Origin: Tubulanus polymorphus
Lineage: Eukaryota > Animalia > Nemertea
NCBI RefSeq assembly: GCF_964204645.1
Contig: NC_134028.1
Location: forward strand, 25,168,345 to 25,232,344
Length of the DNA: 64,000 nt
Direction of reading: 5' to 3'
Shown here: positions 1-13,609 of the stretch, piece after piece
Numbering within the stretch: the stretch's first letter is position 1
Layout: each line of letters starts with the position of its first letter
Position numbers and translations under genes: made by a program
Notes under the pieces: model-generated
Told to the model about the DNA's origin: nothing
What the model saw: the letters and a program-made list of their open reading frames with translations, nothing else
Databases searched by the model: none

Positions 1-261
1 TTCAATTTCAAAAATTTAAAGCATTTAGAGATGATATCAACTATTTTTGTAAGCAAATTCTTATCCTAAACACTACTAAACTAGATTTCTAATTCGGTAA
101 CCGCCTAACCGGGTGATAAAAATCCTGGCACTAACTGTACCAATTTAGACATACGTAGTCTACTTTCTTATCGTTTTTGTTATCTTTTTTAAATATTTTT
201 GCTCAAATTGAAGGAATTTCAAGCACGTATAAACAGCATTTTCGGTTTAGAAAGTTTTTAA

Positions 262-543
262 CCTCTTCACTACCGCAGATAATGTAACCTGTCTCACCAG
301 GATTCGAACCCAATGGCATCAATCAATTCAAATAAAATCGGCATTAGAGGCTGTTAGCGTTACTAATCGTCCATCTATGAGTAAAAATTGGAACTAAGTT
401 GAGGCAGACAAGTCTATAGTACGGCTACACACCAGCGGTGCAATGGCTCACCACACCAGCAATTGTAGTAAATGAATATATTTGCGACGAGAGAAGGTCA
501 TTATTTGCGACGTAAATATACGTCGCGCATGGTAGCGAAGAGG
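262..543. mobile_element. piggyBac-like non-autonomous element (MITE) in a Miro intron
   Basis: TTAA at 258-261 and 544-547 flanks terminal inverted repeats CCTCTTCACTACC / GGTAGCGAAGAGG (12 of 13 match), with a subterminal palindrome gcgacgtaaatatacgtcgc. Confidence 0.7.
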
Positions 544-562
544 TTAAGGAATCAGGGTGTCA

Positions 563-4307
<3,745 letters not shown>

Positions 4308-4765
4308 TTTGAAATGTTTTCAGTTTTGACCGGTTTTTTTAATAAATCAAATATCAAACAGTCGCTTCACAATCGTTACACTATCATTCTGAAATTGACA
4401 AATCATTAGAAATGATAAATTAGGCTCGTCAGGTCAAACTGTAAATTGAACTAAAATCCCCTACCCTCAGTCCAAATAAAACTGCAACCAAGTTAGAATC
4501 TCATATAGAGTATGGATAAGGTAGGGTATGTTTAGGATATATGAAGGCCTATACAACAGGGCGTTGACTAAACCGCACTGGTTATTGACTAAGACCACCA
4601 GAGTCCAGTAACTGAATAAACAAGAGTCCAGTTCAGCTCTTTTGACTGTCTGTTAACTGGCTGAACCCCGACTGATGGAGTGACTACAGTTTAGGTGTCC
4701 CTAATGGTATGTACCTACTTTCTAAACAAACCATAACGCAATTCTTTAAGGAAGTGAAATAGTCT

Positions 4766-5071
4766 GATCCGGTCACCGACTTCTGAACGCTATTTTGCCG
4801 GATCCATATATCATGTAACAATAAAATCATTTTATTGTTAAAAGATTTGTATGGTTTACAGCGAGCTCGGTGGTCTCGATGACCCTGCGCTAGTAATTTT
4901 TTACTGGCCCGGGTTCGAGTCTCGCTCTATCCGCTCTATTTTCTCAAACTCTGTTCTCCACACTTCCTTCGAATTTTCGAAGTCGCGCCCCTCTCTGCGC
5001 ATGCACGGAGTATATCAGCCAATTAGAGACGATATCCGGCAAAATAGCGTTCAGAAGTCGGTGACCGGATC
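4766..5071. mobile_element. Foldback/MITE-like element with perfect 38-bp inverted repeats
   Basis: gatccggtcaccgacttctgaacgctattttgccggat (4766-4803) is the exact reverse complement of 5034-5071. It contains an internal palindrome (4816-4840) and a tRNA-like B-box (gggttcgagtc). Confidence 0.7.
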
Positions 5072-5307
5072 CGGTAAAAAATAACTACGGCCTCAATTTA
5101 GAATGACACTATAGCACCACACAGTGTAAAGGTGACCTAAGCTACAGTTAGACCATTCATAGTTCAACCTCATCTGTTTCGTTGTAGAAAATCATCGAAT
5201 AAATGGTAAACAGTCTAGTTAGTAATAAACTTAATTGAATTGAATGAGATTTTTCTTCAATCGTCACCGATCGTCACAAGACACTCGAATCCGGCAGAAT
5301 TTCTCAC

Positions 5308-5481
5308 CATAAAATAATCATTCATCATCGCTCAAAATACATTCAGAATATGAAATATAGATAAATATTACTAACGTTAACGATGCGAAAACGGAGATAT
5401 TTAATGGAAAATTCGCGTGAATTTTCAGTTTTTTTTCCAACGAATTAAATCCACTTCCGGTATTTTGGCGCCACCTAGCAT
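5308..5481 (-). promoter_or_regulatory. Probable Miro promoter and non-coding first exon
   Basis: The ATG exon has an upstream acceptor (minus atttcag at 4389-4395). There is a candidate donor gtgaga at 5302-5307, an ETS-type CCGGAAGT (plus ccacttccgg, 5451-5460) and an adjacent TTTGGCGCC E2F-like / CTCF-like motif. Inferred from motifs only. Confidence 0.45.
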
Positions 5482-6087
5482 TTCAATTAAATTCAATACA
5501 AATAAACATTATTGACACGCTCTAAAACGGCCGATATGTATGGTGTCGATACTGCCAGCATGTGTCGATGACGTATGACCAGCGACTCGGAAAATTCGTG
5601 TATCACATGGAACTGACATTTTCGAAAGGGAGTGGATTTGATATACAATCTAAAGAATCACGATAATGATGAAAGGGTTTATCTTTCAGTTGACCGGTTG
5701 CGCGGCGCATAAATTGGCCACAGATATCTTTGAGTAATCATTTTGAAATGATTTGTCAAATTTTTGCGAAAATAATTTCTAAAAATAGACTCACGCTGTT
5801 TAAATGTTGCAAAAACAGTCAAAATCCATCAATGGACCAATGAAATATAATAAAACAGGCCTCACAAGTTATTTTAAAAAGAAACAACTAGACCCAACTA
5901 TGCCGAAAAATGTACAGCAACTGTAAAATGTTTTTTCTTCCGACTCTTCCTTCTCTCTCTCTTGCAATACCCATCCACACTTCGATGGCCAACGGCCTGA
6001 GCTGAGCGTGAGGGGTTCGGTTTCATTTTTGAAAACCATTCGAGGACCAGGAAAAAATACATGTGCATAGAAAAACATAACCCGCCG

Positions 6088-6160
6088 CGCCCGGTATGGG
6101 ACTCGAACCCAGGACCCTCAGGTTAAAAGCCTGATGCTCTACCGACTGAGCTAACCGGGC
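6088..6160 (-). tRNA. tRNA-Lys (anticodon TTT)
   Basis: GCCCGGTTAGCTCAGTCGGTAGAGCATCAGGCTTTTAACCTGAGGGTCCTGGGTTCGAGTCCCATACCGGGCG is 73 nt, folds as a cloverleaf, has intact A and B boxes, and is followed by a T5 Pol III terminator about 12 nt downstream (plus aaaaa 6071-6075). Confidence 0.95.
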
Positions 6161-8189
6161 TGCTCGACAAGTGTGCATACGTATATATCAATTTTGACGA
6201 TGAACCAAGTGACGTCATTTTAGTTGACCGTTCTACTGAGTGTTCGAATTTGACCTTTTAACCCGTCTGTTTAATCACGGTCACTCGTATAAGAGCCCAT
6301 AGTTTATTTATTGTTCCCGTCAAGAACAGTTTTTGTGTATTGCTAACTACTATGCGATGTTTAATCGTGGTGTGACGTGTGAGTCGATGTGTGCTTGATA
6401 CGTCATCGATATTGGTATTTGTGAAAACATCAATAACAATTACGTACAACATTTGCATTTATTGGATGAATTCAATTTCATGTCATGTTTCCTACTCTAT
6501 TCAAAGGACTTTCCAGTCTTAATAATAGATGGAGTGTGTGGGCGGATGTGGATGTGCACTACGTCATCAATATTTGGGTGAAACTAATTGCTTGCCTCTT
6601 TTTCTTAGTGTCGACAATTCAATTCAAATTGATTTGACTATATATACCTCATACGCCAGCTTTTCTATCATAGATTTTCTGATCGTTGTTTCAATAGCTT
6701 CAACTTCAACTCGTGGACTATTAGACTATAGTCAAATCGATGCTCTCAATACTATCACTACAACTGAACTTTTCGTCCATTATATTGGACTCAATGTGAG
6801 ATGATTATTTACCGCCAAAACGTGGCCGGAAGCTCTGAATGTCAGGCTCAGTCACGTGGTAACCAGGAAGAAAGACACTCTAAATATTTGGATGGATATA
6901 TGAAAGCTGTGGGTACTGGAGTGTGTAATGGGTGGTGTAGTGTGAACTGTGTGCATTTGTGGCCAGCACACAGATCACATTGTTCATTGGGGTTTGGTCC
7001 AGGACTGGCGAGATTTTCAACAACACGGAAGTAACGTGTAATAAATGATGACTTGAATTGCATGAATACCTACCACCCCTCATTATTGTTGGAAAACTAA
7101 ACGTTCCGCACTGACTAAAAATTAGTAATAACATTTTAGAAATGGCCAGAATTTTAACTTAGGTTCTATCTCATTTTTATTTTACAATTGCGATTGGTAT
7201 AATTTTTTTTTTAAACGGCCGTTAAGGCTTCATGTTTCGTCTGTAATTCACTGCAAATAGTTACGCAACTACGCACATTTCAGTGTTTTTGGCAGCTGTA
7301 CACTCAATCGGCACTGTTCGTGACTAGCTTCACTGCGGAATTATCATTAAATAACATCGCCATATCACATCATCAACTTATATTGTGCCTTAAAACCCTA
7401 ACAGCCGAAATAATTGAAATGCACACACGATTTCTATCATTGAAAATTGAGAGAGTGGCCATGTTTGTGTTTGCTGCTTCGCGTAAATCCCGCGCGGTGG
7501 CGCATCCGCGCGGAGTGGGGCCGATACGTCCAGGGCACCCAAGACGCGGCAGTTGAGTTCAAGTAACATTCGTTTATAGTTCGTCCTGTTATGATTTTCG
7601 TTGAAGAGATATATATATTCATTGTCATGAAGCACTTTATTTATCATTTCAATCAGGCTTCAACAATGTTATTCTTCTAAATATTTAGATCGTGTTATTC
7701 AATAACACGTCTGTATGACATGCCCCGTTTTAGCGGGTATTTCGTTCCGTCGTGGAAATTTGTTTTTCGGGTATTATTTTCTAGATTCATTAATCATTCT
7801 TCCAAAAACGCCTTCTCTGCCTTGTATTTCATTTTGCGTGCGTCCTTCCACATTTTGTTTTTAAATAATCAACGAAAATTAACTTAAGATTTTAGGCTGA
7901 GAGCAGTATGTTTTTTATTTGTACATCTATAGGCAATATAACATCTTTTCAATAGTGCGAACCTCACAATTGCGCGGCATTACAAATACATAATATATAG
8001 AATACGGAATAAAAAGAAAAACGTAAGTATAAGGTCTTATCACAAATATGTGTTAAGTTTATATGTCATGTTTCGGGTTCAATGCCGGTGTGTCAATCAT
8101 AACGGCTCTCTTTAAAAGAGAAGACTTTACTTCGGTGCGCGGTGTACAAAGCCATGTTCAGCGTTAAACTATAAGTATGATACTCTGGT

Positions 8190-10417
8190 TTACTTTGCAG
8201 CGTTCTCTTTCATCTTCTTCAACATTTCGTGGATCATTTTGATGCCGTCGTTGCACTCGTTCCAATACGACAAAGCCTTCATTCGTTTCATGTAGGCGTC
8301 GATATTAGCCCAGCCTGAAATATCGTATTTGATCGCTTCTAGGAATGCAATCGACGCGGCTATGCTGAAATCAGCGATGGTCAGATTATCCCCGGTAACG
8401 TATTTGTTCCCTTTCAGATATTCTTCCAATACGTCGAAACCGTCTTTCATCGCTTTCTCCAATTCTTCCGACGGTTTTTCACCTCTGAATAACTGCGGAT
8501 ACTGGAAAATAGTGTGAATGAAAATACATAGCGATTCAAAACTTGTAATAAACGCGTCTATATGTTGCATCCGGAGTTGAACAGATACTGACGTTTAGAG
8601 ACTGAGTCTAGTTCCGCAGTCGTGTGACTCATGCACAAAAGTTGGCTATAGTCTTATTACTCGTCTTATACGTTGCTTGGTTGGCTATAGAACCACGACA
8701 GTCTTAGACAGGTCTTATATCTTAGCCTTGATTGCAACCCTGGGACCAAACGCATAGTCATCGCTAAAGATTAAGACCAGTCTAAGACCAACTTAGTTCT
8801 ATAGGCAATCTAGCAACAGATTAAAGAGAACTTTTAGACTTGGGTCACAACTGCGCAACCAACCTCAGGGGCCAGTTGCACAGTCGTGACTTAGTCCAAA
8901 AGTGGTCTTAAATCTTAAAACTGGTCTTAAATTGTTAGATTGGCTATAGAACAAAGTTGGTCTTAGACTAGTCTTAAGTCTAAGCCATGACTATGCAACC
9001 GGCCCCTGGAGCCTGAATTCTCCGACCAAATGAATGACATAACCGTAACCAAGTGAGCTAAAATCATCAAGGAACTTTTTGGACTGTTCATGAAATTACA
9101 ATTGGCAAACGAGCCAGAATGCAGGTGCGTTGTTCGTGCGACTTACGATGAAAGGCCCAAGTTTTCCGTAGATCTTCTCCATGTCGAAGTACAAGAAACG
9201 ATTCACGTGCGCTCGAGCCTGGAGGTCTTTCGGGTAGAGCGATTCGTCACCGTATTTTTCGGCCAAATACATCAGAATACTGCGACTGAAATACACAACA
9301 CACATTATAGTCATTATTTGAGAGAAGTATATGCAGTGTTTTTATTTCTTAAGCCTTTCAGATAGGTTCTCGGCCATCCTCGGTATTGGTCGGTGAATTT
9401 TATTAGACCTTATTTGGAATAACCTTCTGTTTTTGAAATATTCACACTCCCGGGCATAGTTGGCCGTTATTCCTATAGTATAATGTTATTCTTGATAAAT
9501 TCGTATATGTATGAAAGATGTGTTATTCCAATTTTCAGATATAGTTTACGAGACAGTGTGATCAACCGTTGTTTATTTGCTCTTCTGCTAGAAAATCATT
9601 AACAAAATTGAAACGCCCTTCTCGATTGGCGTAGGCATGCGAATGGATGCCCAAGGCAGGTTTAGCACATCCTCCCTCTGCAGGGACTCGAACCAGATGG
9701 CATCGCTACACTCAGCCACCGCACGAACCCCTGCATCAGTAGACCGGGTGCGCAGGTACATGCGCAGCTTTTCGAACGAAAACTGGCGGCACCAATCAGA
9801 TTGCTCGTTGTATAATCGTTGAGGCAAATTTCAAGGAAGAACTATAAATGGGAAAACCCGGGCTAAAATAAAACGGGATTTCTGATTGGCTAAAAATCAC
9901 ATCATCTGAACTGCGCATGTATCTGCGCACACGTTCGATTATGGCAGGGTTTCGTGCCGTGGCAATCTCGATGCCATCAGGTTCGAATCCCTGCCGGGGG
10001 AGGATGGTTTAAGCAGCGTTATGATAACAGCGATTCGAATCCCTTGACGACAGTCTTACCTTTCCCACAGGTAGAATCCATTATCATCTAAAGTCGGTAT
10101 CGTGTGCTGGGGATTCATCTATAAATTCAAAAGAAAACCCAGTAACGATAAAACGATTAATTTACGAAGTGAAAATTATTTGGATAGTGCAACACAAACC
10201 AGCAAACTCTGTCTTATCAAAAATATACACGGACACAGGACTGACAGACAGAGAGGTTATGAGGGAAGAAACAAACCTTGATGAATTCCGGTTTAAGTTG
10301 TTCTTTATTCATCATGTCGACGACTTTCCAATTAATGTCAATTTTAGCTTCTTTCCCCAACATCATCACAGCCCGACAAGGGGCACTGGGAGGCATCATG
10401 TACAAATCGATAGGCAT
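8190..10417 (-). CDS. Glutathione S-transferase, copy 1 (Delta/Epsilon/Theta-like, Ser-type), 216 aa
   Basis: Coding exons 10417-10277, 10118-10060, 9285-9147, 8501-8190 (141+59+139+312 nt, GT-AG). Motifs [54 protein letters not shown]. Probable non-coding exon upstream of the donor at 10562-10567. Confidence 0.95.
8602..9008. mobile_element. Three adjacent copies of a ~135-bp PIF/Harbinger-like MITE (family A) in GST copy 1 intron 3
   Basis: Copies at ~8605-8739 (degenerate), 8743-8865 (inverted) and 8869-9005 (gggccagttgcacagtc...gactatgcaaccggccc), each bounded by CTG or CAG. Confidence 0.7.
9656..10018. mobile_element. Foldback element with ~100-bp imperfect inverted arms in GST copy 1 intron 2
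   Basis: catcctccctctgcagggactcgaaccagatggcatcg...gtgcgcaggtacatgcgcag (9668-9767) mirrors ctgcgcatgtatctgcgcac...cgatgccatcaggttcgaatccctgccgggggaggatg (9911-10006). Confidence 0.7.
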
Positions 10418-11938
10418 CTTTTAGTAGAAATCGGGACGAATGTTATCTGAAATCCAATGTAACGACCTTTGAAATCGTGACAAAATCATATAACTGGTAT
10501 AAACGAGGAGAGATAGTTAGATGAGAATGAATGTTAGTTCTACATACGTATAATTATGTCCACTTACTTGCGAGTAATGAGAAGGCAACAGCACACACCG
10601 ACCTTTCAAAGCGTATAGTGACTGCATGCATATAGTGTACAGTAACGGCACTGGAATTGATTATTGTACATTATCATAAAGGTCTATTGTGTTATCATTG
10701 ATTTTCCTATGCAGGCACGTCACGTTGCCTTGACAATGACGCCTAGATAGTACGACAAACGAGATATTTTTTCGATTTCACTTCTTGCGATGAGTAAATT
10801 TGCTGTTTTCATGTGTGCTGAATAGTGTCGATGAATTGTTCATTTGAAGTAAATGAAATATCGTCCATTCAGTTATGATCGCAGAGGTCCTCGATTCATT
10901 GCTGATACCAATTCTTAAGTCAATTCAAACAGGTTTTTTGAACTGAACTGATAATATCATTTCATGGGCGTAAATGGTTTTGCAATTTAAATAATGGATT
11001 TGCAATAGTTAGGTTAAGATTATTAACGTACGCTATATTGAACAGTACTTATGTCGTGTAGATTTTCACGACTCGTATCGTACCGTGCCGTACCGAGGTT
11101 TGACAGAGGAGGGGGAGTTCGCCTGCCTTTAACAAATTGCGTTATTGATCAACTCGCAATTAAGAATTTTTGTCTAGTCAGTGACTTGGAGATCAGTCGA
11201 TGGTTGATCGTGGTGAATACAGTACCGATATGATATAAACCAAAAAAAAATTAACTAGAAAAAGTTGTGGACCATCCAGTCTACACCATTGACACATTAC
11301 GTAGATCTAATGAAAACGACTGTTAGAGATCTTCCGTTAATATCTGCATTCGGGGCGGGCACTGATAAGGGCCAGCCGGAATTTTCCAGCTCGTTGGAAA
11401 AGTCACCATTCTGCAAACAGATGAAACATGTCTCATGAGTTTCACTTCCTACTCTCCAAGTATATGCGTATTGGCATGGACTCTATCGGTTCATGACGTC
11501 AACCAAAAAATGAATTATACGTTCACACCGTATTACATTTTATTGAATATATTTGCTACAACGTCGAAGCCTGTGGTAATGCTTTAAACATCAAACATAC
11601 AATAAAGAAACGAGATTAAAATTACTGAGTGATATTAGAATTATGTGTCATTGTGTATCGATCTATGTATCTCAGTACGTGAATATAAGCACAATATTGA
11701 GGTGAATTAATTCGGGTGATTAGCCGTGAGCACACGGAGATACTGGCCCGGTCATAGTCCGAGAAGGTGCGTGCTTGAAATCTGGCCCTTGTCAAACAGG
11801 CGCGGGCCCATTTAGCACCAGCATGAAAGATAAGCCCGGGTAAAAACCAGTCGTTTGATCACGGCTATTAACTACAAACTTCCTAAGTCGTGTTCAGTGT
11901 AAAACTATGTGTGCGCGGTGTTGTCATGCTTAAAGCCA

Positions 11939-13609
11939 TCATTTGCCAGCATTCTCTTTCATCTTCTTCAACATTTCGTGGATCATTTTGATACCGTCGT
12001 TGCACTCTTTCCAATACGGCAAAGCCTTCATTCGTTTCATGTAGGCGTCGATATTAGCCCAGCCTGAAATATCGTATTTGATCGCTTCTAGGAATGAAAT
12101 CGACGCGGCTATGCTGAAATCAGCGATGGTCAGGTTGTCCCCGGCTACGTATTTTTTCCCTTTCAGAAATTCTTCCAATACATCGAAACCGTCTTTCATC
12201 TCTTTCTCCAATTCTGTCGACGGTTTTTCACCTTTAAATAACTGCGGATACTGAAAAATAGCGTGAATGAGAATCAGAAATACTACGTAAGAACCTACGA
12301 TCACTAACAATCCGGCAGTGGGATGCAAACGGACACCGACGAGGTTTTACGCCTCAAGACTTTAGTTTGTTAAAGTGACTGTTTATCATATTAAGCATAT
12401 TTTTCATTCATACGAGGTTCCGACGACTTACGATGAACGGCCCAAGTTTTCCGGAGATCTTCTCCATGTCGAAGTACAAGAAACGGTTCACATGTGCTCG
12501 AGCCTGGAGATCTTTAGGATACAGCGAGTCGTTACCGTATTTATCGGCCAAATACGTCAAAATGCTGCGACTGGAATACAAAGAAAGAAATACTAAAAAA
12601 TCATGTTTCATCGACCATTATACGCTTCGGAAGGGATTGGAACCAGAGGACACTTAAAAGCGTTGTCCGCATGCTGTGAGCAGCAGCAGGACTCGAACCC
12701 ACACTGGTCACTCACCAGCACTGATACAACAGCATCTCCTCGTCCTACAAGATACTGAGGTCGAAGGAGCTAAGAAACCCTCATTACTATCATCATTAAA
12801 AAAAAAGATTCTAGATAACATTTCAAATATTTTGATTTTGATTTGAACACTTTATTTTTCAAATATAATTTACAGCATAGTGTACAAAGCATAATACAAA
12901 ATACAGTAAATTAGACCTCGAGGGGCCTGTAGAAACTAAGGAATAGTTTGTATAAAACAGGTCCCTCAAAAGAGAAAAGACAAAAAAAAAAAAATTAAAA
13001 AAATAAAAACAATATGGATTCTTACCTTTCCCACAGGTAGAATCCATTATCATCTAAAGTCGGGATCGTGTGTTGAGGATTCATCTTGAAATTAAAAAGT
13101 AAACAATTGATAAATGAAATGATTAATATATCTATATGAATCTTGATAAGGCACGGGCGTATAAGTCGTTTTGTGAAAACGAGCCCGAAAATGAAATTCG
13201 AGCAAACAGGGTATAGTCTTTACTGTGAAAATTGAAAAACGTATTGAAAAATAATACTTTCTCGGCTGCCTTCATTTATTTACGAGTACGAACTTTCACT
13301 GTAGCTTCATCGTATCGGATAAAGCTCTTGTACTTTCAATAGATTTAGTTAACCTTCAAATTGAACTATCTGTCGTTTTGTTTACTGATTTAACATCAGG
13401 TTAACGCAACTGAGAAAATTGAGTTCGATTCACAATTAATTTCGCCCTAAATTAACGAAGAAACAAACTTTTAGAAATTCTGGTTTCATGTGTTCCTGTT
13501 TCATCATGTCGACGACTTTCCAATTCATGTCGATTTTAGCTGCTTTGCCCAACATCATCACAGCCCGACAAGGGGGACTAGGTGGCATCATGTACAAATC
13601 TAAAGGCAT
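11939..13609 (-). CDS. Glutathione S-transferase, copy 2 (tandem paralogue), 216 aa
   Basis: Coding exons 13609-13469, 13084-13026, 12570-12432, 12250-11939, with the same exon sizes and phases as copy 1 and an intact frame. Probable 5'UTR exon upstream of the donor at 13739-13744. Confidence 0.95.

Noticed and set aside
6801-7134. Overlapping Cys/His-rich short ORFs (possible zinc finger or TE remnant)
   Set aside because: The spacing fits no motif I recognise and no frame is preferred.
12681-12720. B-box (ggactcgaaccc) suggesting a second tRNA
   Set aside because: There is no A-box or cloverleaf; at most it is a SINE fragment.
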